Shown here one piece after another: positions 18,292 to 27,512 of a stretch of 64,000 bases of DNA. The position numbers and the translations under genes were made by a program. The notes under the pieces were generated by a model that saw only the letters and a program-made list of their open reading frames with translations, made no database searches and was not told the DNA's origin. Source of the stretch: Candidatus Bathyarchaeia archaeon. GTDB taxonomy: Archaea; Thermoproteota; Bathyarchaeia; Bathyarchaeales; Bathycorpusculaceae. The DNA is taken from contig JAVZLK010000003.1 of the NCBI GenBank assembly GCA_038883795.1, positions 64,001 through 128,000 on the forward strand, read 5' to 3'. The first letter of the stretch is position 1, and each line of letters begins with the position of its first letter.

Positions 18292-20244
18292 TTAGTTTTC
18301 TGTGGTTACCGTTATTGTCGGCGGATACTCAACAAGAATCCATAAGCCAGAGGCGTTGGTGTCTCCACCTCTATAGATTGGCGTGTAACCTGTCCCAAAA
18401 GTTACGACCGCGCCGTACCAGCAAATATCTAGCGCGCTGGTAAAGCCCGTTACAGACGCTAGTGAACTTACTGGAAGAAGTTCGATTGCCCTTTGGGTAG
18501 GATAACTAGAACTTATTGTTCTTAGAGCGCCTGTCGGATTTCCGGTTGTGGTTTTATCATCAAAGTAGTACAACATTTTGTTGGATTCGTCTGAGAACAT
18601 TATTCCAAACCCTGCTGATGAAGAGTTTAGTTGTGCCCAGTGATGCTGCCAAACACCAGACCTGTTATAGAATAAATCATAAGCTGTAGAAACTTTTGGG
18701 TAGCCGTTTGGCAATGTACCATTTTCTGTTAACGAAGAAAAGCTACTTTGTGTGCTGACTCTTAATAGGCGTATTTCTGTTATGCTTCTTGGTTTGTCTG
18801 TTGAGTTAAGGAATATGAGGCGCAGTTGATAGGTGTAGTATGTGGCGTTCGCAGGAAGTGTTATAACAACATGAGCATAAAAGTTATAACATTGCGGATC
18901 GTCAACACCACCTGAAAATTCCGGTTCACCATGCACGATGCTTCTAACCGTACCGTTATATATGGTATACGCCCACTCAGGATCCGTATTGTCAGATTCA
19001 TCATTTATTTGCATAAGGTTTGTCGCGCTTGAAGTGCCTCCGACGGTTGCCGTCACCGTGAAACCAGTACTCGAAAGTGTAATGCTAAGTTTGCCGTTGC
19101 TGAGTGTTCTAGTAGAGGGACTATCTTTGAAGTAACGGTTGACATACGCCCATGGTGTTTGGATTGCGGTATCGCTTCCGTTCCACCATATGGTGACTTT
19201 TGTAACGTTTGGATTTATAAGGAAAACTATCATGTGTCTATTGCCGAAAACGCTTGCGTTGCTCGCTAAACCTAAAGGAATTTTGTAGTCTGAAGCCCAA
19301 TCTTCTATCTGGAATGGTACCTCTTGGTTTATGCCGTTTATGGTCTGATTAATGTGTATTGCTTTTACTGGTATTGGCGGTATTGGTTTTGCTTGTGTTG
19401 TCAATTGCAGGTTTTGTCCAAGCCATCGCATTGTGCCATTCTGCAGCAACTCAACAACTATTGTTGCGTCAGTTGCGCTTTTTAATGTTGAGTAAAACGT
19501 GTCGTTCCATGTTAACGTGCATATGTATCGGCTGAATGATGAAGCCACCACTATTAAGCCTCTTTGGTCTTCCACTTGGATGATGTATGAAGAGGGGTCT
19601 ACTCCGGATGGAATGTCAATGGTGTATGTGCCGTTTGCGTCCACATTCAATGTGCTTGGATTAATTGGTATCCATGTTGAGTTTTCGTAAACATAACGGT
19701 AAAACTTGAAGTTTTGCCTTCCTAAACTTAACAATGGTTCACCTTCATCTTTAGTTATTACTAGCACTGTTTGATTAGTCGGGGTTGTTTCCTTTATTTG
19801 GACTGTTAATTTGCATGAAGTTTCATAGGTCATTCCATACAATCCAAGACCAGTTAAGCTATAATTTACAGCCAGCTTTCCCCTACTCCAACTATTGTTT
19901 GTATACCAGTATGTGCTTAGGTCTACACTGCTTAAATTGAGTGAAGCTCCCAATTCTGGATGCATTCTGGCTATGTTCTCTAATCCGCTACGAGTAAAGT
20001 TTATGGCAAGTTCCCTTGCATATGAAGTGTTTCCAGTAACCTGCAACGCTGAACCATAATAGCCAACTGTAAAGCCTAAAATTTCTTTTAGGGCCATGTT
20101 TGTTTCGTCTATTGCGCTTAATATTTGAGGCTGAACCTGTATTGGACTGGTGCGTATTGTAGAGTAGGTTATTATGACTGTGGCTATGAGGATAACTGCG
20201 ACAAGCAAAGCCGCAATAATAGAATATTGACCCTTACAATTCAT
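18292..20244 (-). CDS. Large minor pilin / pilus-associated adhesin
   Basis: KG|QYSIIAALLVAVIL class III-like N-terminus, 650 aa beta-rich, many N-x-S/T sequons; inside the pilus operon. Confidence 0.7.
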   Translation of the reverse strand: MNCKGQYSIIAALLVAVILIATVIITYSTIRTSPIQVQPQILSAIDETNMALKEILGFTVGYYGSALQVTGNTSYARELAINFTRSGLENIARMHPELGASLNLSSVDLSTYWYTNNSWSRGKLAVNYSLTGLGLYGMTYETSCKLTVQIKETTPTNQTVLVITKDEGEPLLSLGRQNFKFYRYVYENSTWIPINPSTLNVDANGTYTIDIPSGVDPSSYIIQVEDQRGLIVVASSFSRYICTLTWNDTFYSTLKSATDATIVVELLQNGTMRWLGQNLQLTTQAKPIPPIPVKAIHINQTINGINQEVPFQIEDWASDYKIPLGLASNASVFGNRHMIVFLINPNVTKVTIWWNGSDTAIQTPWAYVNRYFKDSPSTRTLSNGKLSITLSSTGFTVTATVGGTSSATNLMQINDESDNTDPEWAYTIYNGTVRSIVHGEPEFSGGVDDPQCYNFYAHVVITLPANATYYTYQLRLIFLNSTDKPRSITEIRLLRVSTQSSFSSLTENGTLPNGYPKVSTAYDLFYNRSGVWQHHWAQLNSSSAGFGIMFSDESNKMLYYFDDKTTTGNPTGALRTISSSYPTQRAIELLPVSSLASVTGFTSALDICWYGAVVTFGTGYTPIYRGGDTNASGLWILVEYPPTITVTTEN

Positions 20245-20247
20245 TCA

Positions 20248-21555
20248 TTACACGCCTCCTACCTGTCCCAACTGCAAAACAACAAGCCTCGTGGCGTTAC
20301 TAGCCGTATACTCAGAACGATAAAGCCTGGGCTTATAATCACATAAAAGTCCCAGCGCAGTAAGCCGGATATCTGGTGTTCTGGTTAAACCCAACGCCAA
20401 AAAAGCGCCGGAAACAGTATGCCTAAAAACTGCTCCAGCAATCCAACCACTTACATTATTAAAAATGTATGTGGTTATTTTCAAGTTATATGTGCCTGTT
20501 ATCCATGAAGGTAACGCTCTAGTGGCGGTATGATAAGTGAATGGGTAAATACCGTAGTAATTGCAATAATACTTTGCTTCTGATGAAAGAGACACACTTG
20601 CCAAACTAGGATTATCGCCAGAATCACCAGTAATCCAACTGTCATCATGCGCGTAATTTTGATTATTCAGTCCCCTTAGAAAAGCGTTCAACCCAGCAGG
20701 TCCAGTTTGGTTCATTCCATAAATGCCCCAACCATTGTGACCATTTGCCAAGTTTACCGTATTCGTCACATAATAGAATGGATAGCCGACGATGCTAGTC
20801 CAAGTCCAATTGTAACGGCGTGTCATGTTCCCCAAAAAGTGACAGTAACGAGCATAATCATTAGAATATGGGGTTGTACAATACATCGACGGTATTGGTA
20901 CGGCTTCCCCGAATGTGTTTATGACTACAGCATTTCGAACAACCTCGCCTTGTAAACTTTGGTTGTTTAGTATTTGCGCTAGTTGTGCCGTGTTTTGCAC
21001 CATTACTGTTGTTTTGAAGTATGGCGATAACAGATTGTACAGGTCTTGAGCCAGGCTGTGCGCCGTATAGCCTGTAATCCACCATCCACGAGCATCACTG
21101 CAATTTAATATGTAAAGGGTTCCGCCGACTCCGCTTTCGCCAATCTTCTCGGGAATAACCTTAAAAGTCACGTTAGAAGAAGCAACAAGATAAGAGGCTG
21201 CATCTGAGCCTATTCCCAAACTTTCAGCATTAGAAATAGAAGTGATGAAACGATAAAGCTGTAAGCTGCTTCCGCCCTGTACTTCATAAACTGTTAAGTT
21301 GTAAATTATGTTGGGCGGCAAACAAGCGGAAAGCGCAACTTGAAGCTCACCCCAAGCCGAATCGCCGGGCGACTTGAACACCATCTCACTTAAACTATAA
21401 TTCACATTCAAAACTTCAAGCGTTGATAACGCCAATCTTCTAAGATTTAAAGGTGAAACCTCTCGTGGCGATGGCAAAACAGCGAAGAAAGCAGCAATTA
21501 GAAAAGCTCCTAAAATTATAACTATTACCAGCAAAACTTCAATTGTCCGCATCAT
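20248..21555 (-). CDS. Minor pilin-like protein with inserted extracellular domain
   Basis: MMRTIEVLLVIVII hydrophobic N-terminal helix with TIE; operon context. Confidence 0.65.
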   Translation of the reverse strand: MMRTIEVLLVIVIILGAFLIAAFFAVLPSPREVSPLNLRRLALSTLEVLNVNYSLSEMVFKSPGDSAWGELQVALSACLPPNIIYNLTVYEVQGGSSLQLYRFITSISNAESLGIGSDAASYLVASSNVTFKVIPEKIGESGVGGTLYILNCSDARGWWITGYTAHSLAQDLYNLLSPYFKTTVMVQNTAQLAQILNNQSLQGEVVRNAVVINTFGEAVPIPSMYCTTPYSNDYARYCHFLGNMTRRYNWTWTSIVGYPFYYVTNTVNLANGHNGWGIYGMNQTGPAGLNAFLRGLNNQNYAHDDSWITGDSGDNPSLASVSLSSEAKYYCNYYGIYPFTYHTATRALPSWITGTYNLKITTYIFNNVSGWIAGAVFRHTVSGAFLALGLTRTPDIRLTALGLLCDYKPRLYRSEYTASNATRLVVLQLGQVGGV

Positions 21556-21556
21556 T

Positions 21557-22783
21557 TTAGCCCACCACCTCGTAACCTTCTAAACTCCACAACGAAAGCT
21601 TAGCTTGATAGGCAATATTGTTAACAACAACTTGGCGCATATCAGTAGCAACCCACTCTTGACCGGTAGGGTCATTGCCAAAAACCACTGGAAAAGCCAT
21701 GGAGCTTATACCCCAAGGCATCAAAACAACACCAGTTTCTTGTGCGCTTTTTCTATAAGTGATGACCAGAATGCCGGGATTGTTTCTTATGTTTTGTGGG
21801 ATTGTGACATAAGCGTAAGGAAATCCTCCTACGCCATAATTAAGTAATCCCGTGGAATTTTCTATTGGTATCTGTCGAAGAGTAAAGTCGTCAGCTAATA
21901 TAACAAAAGTTGCGTTGAACGTGACTGCTGCAGTATCACCCATCTCATGTACATCATAACTGTGGGCAATCAGTATCCTTCCCTCTGCAAAATCATCGAT
22001 AAATGGGATTATATAGTTCGACGTGTATGTTACATGTTCATGATAACCCATACCCATAAGACCACCAAGGTAAGCATACACAATGAAAACGTAAGAGACT
22101 TCTTTTTTAACATTTGTAAATCTTAAAAGAACTGAACCTTGCGCATCAGTGAAATTGTCGCCATATTCTAATGCGTAAGAGGGGTATGGACCGCTACCTC
22201 CTTCAGAGACTGTGAGAAGACAATAGCTTATATGGGCATTTGCAAGCGGGAAGCCTACTCCAGTAACTGTAACACTTAGAATTAAGGGGTCTTTTAGCTG
22301 TACTTCTTCTATCGAAATCGTTACAATCGGAGTCATAGTTAATTGAAATCCATATGTTCCATTTATTCCAAGCAACTTCGCCACAGCTGAGTAGTTAATT
22401 ACCTCAGTATATGGCACTAGTAAGAAATTACCAAATCCCATGGTTATGTTACTATAAGTCAATCCCATCCTTGGGTAATAAACTGGTTCTCCAACTGAAG
22501 ACCGCAATCGCATAAGTGAAAACGGACTAAGTCTGTATTGTGTGAATTCTGGGTCTTGCAATCCAAAACCATAAGGAGTGCAATTGCTTTTACCCCAATC
22601 TGGTGGAATGCCTGGATTTAGGAGCATGTTGTCGAGGAGGTCGCTGCATTTTGTTGCAAGATATCTGTGACGCTGATATAGAATGGCTGTTTGGATTATC
22701 TGATTGAAAAGGCTTATGAAAAGTAATATGGCTCCCAAAAAAATTGTGACGGAAACCAAATGATCTATTGTTGAGCCAGCCAT
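21557..22783 (-). CDS. Minor pilin-like protein
   Basis: MAGSTIDHLVSVTIFL N-terminal helix, PG.P.DW motif; operon context. Confidence 0.65.
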   Translation of the reverse strand: MAGSTIDHLVSVTIFLGAILLFISLFNQIIQTAILYQRHRYLATKCSDLLDNMLLNPGIPPDWGKSNCTPYGFGLQDPEFTQYRLSPFSLMRLRSSVGEPVYYPRMGLTYSNITMGFGNFLLVPYTEVINYSAVAKLLGINGTYGFQLTMTPIVTISIEEVQLKDPLILSVTVTGVGFPLANAHISYCLLTVSEGGSGPYPSYALEYGDNFTDAQGSVLLRFTNVKKEVSYVFIVYAYLGGLMGMGYHEHVTYTSNYIIPFIDDFAEGRILIAHSYDVHEMGDTAAVTFNATFVILADDFTLRQIPIENSTGLLNYGVGGFPYAYVTIPQNIRNNPGILVITYRKSAQETGVVLMPWGISSMAFPVVFGNDPTGQEWVATDMRQVVVNNIAYQAKLSLWSLEGYEVVG

Positions 22784-22789
22784 TCTTGC

Positions 22790-23272
22790 TTAACCTCCAA
22801 AAGAGAGGCATATGGTTCCATTTGCGAACTTTTCAGCCCATATGCATGCGTTTGTAGAATTGCTAATGAAAACGGATTCACGCCAAGTAACATTTTGACC
22901 CAAAATAACCGAAGTCGTTACCGCAGTTCCAACAGTTCTCAGCTTAAGCGTTATCTCCAACACCTTACTTGAATTCAAAGCAGGATCCAAAACGGTCTTT
23001 AATGTTGCATTTCCGGTGTATGGATAATTCTCTATGAATGGTGGGACATCCACTTTTTGCGTAACGGTTCCAGCTGATATAGAATCATGGTTTAAGGCGA
23101 AATACACTTGCTGTATACTGCTTCCTAAATGACTTGCAGCCTCCTGAAGTGCAAGAGTTCTACGCGAATCCACCCAGATATTCATGAGCCAACTTGCCGT
23201 CAACGGAAAGAGGAAAATCTGCAAAATCAAAACTGGAACCATAATCACATACTCGATAGTTACATGCGGCAT
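22790..23272 (-). CDS. Minor pilin-like protein
   Basis: MPHVTIEYVIMVPVLIL; GGAGG SD favours ATG 23272 (alternative start 23293). Confidence 0.65.
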   Translation of the reverse strand: MPHVTIEYVIMVPVLILQIFLFPLTASWLMNIWVDSRRTLALQEAASHLGSSIQQVYFALNHDSISAGTVTQKVDVPPFIENYPYTGNATLKTVLDPALNSSKVLEITLKLRTVGTAVTTSVILGQNVTWRESVFISNSTNACIWAEKFANGTICLSFGG

Positions 23273-23285
23273 CCATAACCCCCTC

Positions 23286-24116
23286 CTATGCATGCAAGCC
23301 TAAAGAAACAACCACCTCACTAGTGTAAAATTCAATGATGGAGCCGCTTGGAACATTTAATGTCTCTTCCATCTCATCAAAATTGAAGAAGCTTTCACCA
23401 AGACCCAAACTACTTTTTGGAAAAGAAACACTTATTTTAACCGAATTAACACTACTATTAGTTTTAACTGAAACATTCCTTCCTGTAAGCGTTACAGACT
23501 GAGAAAGACGAGGATGCGTGCCAGTGGAAAGGATAGGCAAATAAAACTTGAAATAGTTCTTCACCTCTCCACCAGCAGAAATGGTCGAATTCAAAACCCT
23601 AATTATTGGAGCAACAACAACCCTTATGTAATTGCCATCAGCCATAGGTAACTTTTCAATAACATAAACATAGCTTACAGGCGCTGAAGGCCCAACTTGA
23701 AGGAAGGATCTATTGGATGGAAAGATGCTTTCATAATAGTTATTTCCAACCGAATATTTGCTTATAGGCATATTAAACAAAAGAATACCCGTAGTATAAT
23801 TTGCAAAGTAAACAGTTCCATTCACATAAACAGTATAATTCAAAGCTGCACTTTCAAAATTAACCTCTCCATACTTACTTGCGTAACGAACCGTCTGCGT
23901 ACGCCCAACAATCCAAGCCACATCATCAATTTGAAGCCCAATCGTCTGCATAAACTGTTTTACAGCGCTAAACTCGTTCTCAGCCATTCTCGCAGTCAAA
24001 AAGTTGTTGGCAAAAACAACAGCCACAAGAAGAAGCACAACCACAGCGCTTGTTAATATGACAGTAGAAATTGCTGGACTAACCCCTCGCCTATCTTTTC
24101 TAAACTTGAACTTCAC
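23286..24116 (-). CDS. Type IV pilin-like protein
   Basis: Class III signal peptide KDRRG|VSPAISTVIL. Confidence 0.8.
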   Translation of the reverse strand: MKFKFRKDRRGVSPAISTVILTSAVVVLLLVAVVFANNFLTARMAENEFSAVKQFMQTIGLQIDDVAWIVGRTQTVRYASKYGEVNFESAALNYTVYVNGTVYFANYTTGILLFNMPISKYSVGNNYYESIFPSNRSFLQVGPSAPVSYVYVIEKLPMADGNYIRVVVAPIIRVLNSTISAGGEVKNYFKFYLPILSTGTHPRLSQSVTLTGRNVSVKTNSSVNSVKISVSFPKSSLGLGESFFNFDEMEETLNVPSGSIIEFYTSEVVVSLGLHA

Positions 24117-24140
24117 AGTTCTCCTAATCGTTTTTCCCTC

Positions 24141-25841
24141 CTAACCAAAACTTATGAACATGGGCACCAACTTCGCTGCCAAAACAGCAATTATCACCAG
24201 AACAGCCGCATGCTTAAAGCCAGCAGCAACAGATTCCTCGCTGATTTTGCCAGCCACAATACCAATTAAATAGCTGTGGAAGATACATGAGGTAGTAAAC
24301 GTCATTATCAGTGGTGTTAAGTCTTTTTTCTGTCCAGTTTCAGCCACGCCAAGAGTGCCCGATGTGAAGCCTATCATCATTGTTGTTGTTGCCACAAGGA
24401 GAATAGCCGCGAAATAGGGCATCAGAATATATGGGCGAACAGCCATCTTCTTTTCTTTTTCAACCTCCTGCGTTAAATTGTTAAATCTTGCCAATGATTC
24501 TATCATGGCGATTGTTCCGCCGCCCACATCTATTGTTTCGACAAGTAGAAACATGACAATTTGTGCCATCCAGCTTCGCATTCGCTTGACAAAATCCATT
24601 ATAACCTTTCTTACCGGGACTCCCCAACTGATTTCAGAGCTTATTTTTCGCAGTTCTTTGCTGAATTCGCCATAATCTCGGTTGGCAAGACTTTCAATAC
24701 ATTTTTCTGGAGATAAGCCTGTCTTTCTGACCTCTGTTAAGTCTCTAAGGAAGCTGTTTATGCCTTGTTCTATGCTTGCCTTCTTTTTTGAGAGTCTGCT
24801 ATTAACAACTGCTGCTGGCGCTGTGGCAACGAAGAGGGATATGGCGATGGCAACTGGCATATCGATAATGTTTTGGAAGTTGCTGAAGAATGGCACCTCA
24901 ATGAAACCCATAAAGTTTGTCAAAAGCATAAACAATATTACGGCTATGATGCCGCAGATTCCAAAAACCTTGTATGGACGCATTTCCACAACTGGAGTTT
25001 TTGGTTGCATACTATGAGCCAAATAGATGAACATGAAAGAGAGCATGGGTGTGAACAAATAGGTGTACAAGATTATTCCAGAATACATGGATATACCAAC
25101 GCTGTAAATGGATTCTACGCTGAATAGTATGTAGAAGCAAAGGGACATCAAAACCATCACAATAATGAAAGTCTCTAGTAGCATTCCAAGTCTTTCAGCT
25201 GCAGCCTTAACACGCAGGGCTCTCGTTTTGAAAATGTCTTCAGCTTTTCTTTCGAGAAAATGTCCGATGTCACCGCCTATGATTACTGTTGAGGCGTAAC
25301 CAGAGAGGAAATCTTTGAATATGTCAAGGGGATTCTTCTTTGCGGCGTTCTCTATAGCTGAAAGGGGGTCTATGCCAAAAATCTCTACATCTTTTATTAT
25401 TTCCCTTGCCTCACTTCTCATGGCTGGCATTAGTTCGACTTCTGCAAGGCGCTTAAAACTTGTGTATGGTGCTATGCCACCTGAAGCCATGACGCTGATG
25501 TAAGCAGCCGCAAAGGGCATTTCCCTTTCAAGGTTGCTTGCCCTTTCACCAGCCCTTGAGATTGGTATAAGAAGGAAGCCTATCATCACATAAAATGGAA
25601 GGGGCACGAGGAAAATTATTGGGATGAAGCCGTAAAGGTAGAGGATAATTATTGATATTATTGAAATGGGAAGCGTTAAAGCTGCGATGAAAAACATTAG
25701 GGAAACGTAGGTTTGTGGGTAAATTTTGATTTTCGCCCTTTCAAGATAGTCCTTAAACTCGATGACATTTTTTAGAAAGGAAGGCGCAACCTTACCGAAG
25801 ATGCGAAAGGACCAAGCTTCAAGGGTTTCTAGAAACGGCAA
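24141..25841 (-). CDS. Type IV pilus membrane platform protein (TadC/ArlJ/T2SS-F family, two domains)
   Basis: Two T2SSF-like repeats with TM segments; directly downstream of the ATPase. Confidence 0.92.
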   Translation of the reverse strand: MPFLETLEAWSFRIFGKVAPSFLKNVIEFKDYLERAKIKIYPQTYVSLMFFIAALTLPISIISIIILYLYGFIPIIFLVPLPFYVMIGFLLIPISRAGERASNLEREMPFAAAYISVMASGGIAPYTSFKRLAEVELMPAMRSEAREIIKDVEIFGIDPLSAIENAAKKNPLDIFKDFLSGYASTVIIGGDIGHFLERKAEDIFKTRALRVKAAAERLGMLLETFIIVMVLMSLCFYILFSVESIYSVGISMYSGIILYTYLFTPMLSFMFIYLAHSMQPKTPVVEMRPYKVFGICGIIAVILFMLLTNFMGFIEVPFFSNFQNIIDMPVAIAISLFVATAPAAVVNSRLSKKKASIEQGINSFLRDLTEVRKTGLSPEKCIESLANRDYGEFSKELRKISSEISWGVPVRKVIMDFVKRMRSWMAQIVMFLLVETIDVGGGTIAMIESLARFNNLTQEVEKEKKMAVRPYILMPYFAAILLVATTTMMIGFTSGTLGVAETGQKKDLTPLIMTFTTSCIFHSYLIGIVAGKISEESVAAGFKHAAVLVIIAVLAAKLVPMFISFG

Positions 25842-27447
25842 TTGCTTTTACCTCCTCCCCAGCAACAACTTTTTCATAAATCTGTTTTGGTCTGGCGTAA
25901 TATTCTGCAATGATTGCAGCCACATCTTTGTAACTTCTTATGTTACGTTCACGCATCCAGTGGAGAATTTCTTTGCGCCTCTCTATCTCCTCAATTAACT
26001 CCTTTTTGGTTGCGCCTATGCGCTCAGAAATTTGCGACAACATCAAACTTTTGTCGAAGGCGGGTATGTGAGCGTCTTTTGTTGGGTGCCACTTGAAAGC
26101 ACATCTATAATCTTCGTAATCTGCGATTTCGTTGACATTAATTACACGTCTATACGCTTTCCTTTCGGCACCTTTTACCAAGTGAACCCTTTGAATGGAT
26201 AACACGATGTTCATCAATGGGATATAGGCTGGCGAAATGTCCATGGGCTTTGATGTTAACCGCTTAACTGCCGAATCTAAGTTTTCAGCGTGCATTGTGC
26301 ACATGCCACCGTGTCCTGTGGCTAAAGCTTGGAAGAGCACATAGGCTTCTTGCCCCCTCACCTCACCCACAATCAATATGTCTGGTCTATGTCTCATTGA
26401 AGTCTTTACTAAGTCAAAGAGGGTTACTTCGCCTACGCTGCTTCCGCCTAAGCCATAGCTTTGTCTGGCAATGAGCGAAACCCAGTTTTCATGGGGTAGG
26501 TTAAGCTCTGCCGTTTCTTCTATTGTTACTATTTTGCTTCCAGGCTTAATTAGGCAAGCTAAAGCGTTTAGGGCTGTGGTTTTCCCAGCAGCCGTTCCAC
26601 CCAAAACCATAATTGAAGCCCTATTTTCGAGGCAAAGCCAGAAATAGGCTGCCATCTCCTCTGAGAAGGTGCCCAAATTTATTAAGTCAATTATTGAATA
26701 GGGATCTTCTCTAAATTTCCTAATAGTGAAGGCTGTTCCAAAAGGCGTAACCTCACGTCTATAACATACTGCAAGTCTATGCTTGCCCGGCAGTGAAGCG
26801 TCCACTATGGGAAAGGCTGAACTTACATGTTTTCCAGCCATGTGCACAAGCTTTACAACCATGTTGTCGAGTTCTTCATCATTCTCAAATTCCAAATTTG
26901 TTTCAATACTCTCGTAGTTTCGGTGCCAAACATAAACTGGCTTGTTAACTCCATCACATGAAATATCCTCAATATTTGGATCCCGCATTAACGGGTCGAT
27001 TTTGCCAAAACCTACAAGGTCCCTTTCAGCATGATAGAGAATCTTATACCATGAAACGTCAGGGAGCCATCCCAAGCTTATGCGGTATTTGTCAACGATT
27101 TTTTTGGCTTCTTCTGCGAAGAATTTTCTGGGGTCAAGGATTTCCTCTTTTGGTGACTCTATTTCTGCCAATAAAATTTCTAATATGCGGTTGTAAACGC
27201 TTCTTTCAAGGGGGTCAAGCTGCAACTCATCTAAGATGTATTTGTACTCGCCAGTTTTTGGGTACTGAACTATTGCGACATGAGCAAATGGTTCATAGAG
27301 TGGGTACTTCTCAACAACTTTATATCCTCTCGGTATGGGTTTTGGTGGCGGTGGGGGAATAACTACTTTAGGCTTTCGTTTAATGTTAAATTTGACTCTC
27401 ACTCTTTTAAGTTTAGTTAACGTCTCTTTGAGCTTCAGTCGTGCCAT
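25819..27447 (-). CDS. Type IV pilus assembly ATPase (TadA/ArlI/VirB11 family)
   Basis: DPNIEDISCDG, FTIRKF, GGTAAGKTT, TIEE, RHRPDILIVGEVRG, TGHG, TMHA. Confidence 0.95.
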   Translation of the reverse strand: MARLKLKETLTKLKRVRVKFNIKRKPKVVIPPPPPKPIPRGYKVVEKYPLYEPFAHVAIVQYPKTGEYKYILDELQLDPLERSVYNRILEILLAEIESPKEEILDPRKFFAEEAKKIVDKYRISLGWLPDVSWYKILYHAERDLVGFGKIDPLMRDPNIEDISCDGVNKPVYVWHRNYESIETNLEFENDEELDNMVVKLVHMAGKHVSSAFPIVDASLPGKHRLAVCYRREVTPFGTAFTIRKFREDPYSIIDLINLGTFSEEMAAYFWLCLENRASIMVLGGTAAGKTTALNALACLIKPGSKIVTIEETAELNLPHENWVSLIARQSYGLGGSSVGEVTLFDLVKTSMRHRPDILIVGEVRGQEAYVLFQALATGHGGMCTMHAENLDSAVKRLTSKPMDISPAYIPLMNIVLSIQRVHLVKGAERKAYRRVINVNEIADYEDYRCAFKWHPTKDAHIPAFDKSLMLSQISERIGATKKELIEEIERRKEILHWMRERNIRSYKDVAAIIAEYYARPKQIYEKVVAGEEVKAIAVSRNP

Positions 27448-27512
27448 TGCGTTTTCTCCTAATCAATTATTATGATATGTACGGTCTATTAAATATTACG
27501 TCTCACGAAACT

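Noticed and set aside
16827-27447. Archaellum (motility) operon
   Set aside because: No ArlF/G/H or chemotaxis genes; the pilins lack archaellin features beyond the class III signal
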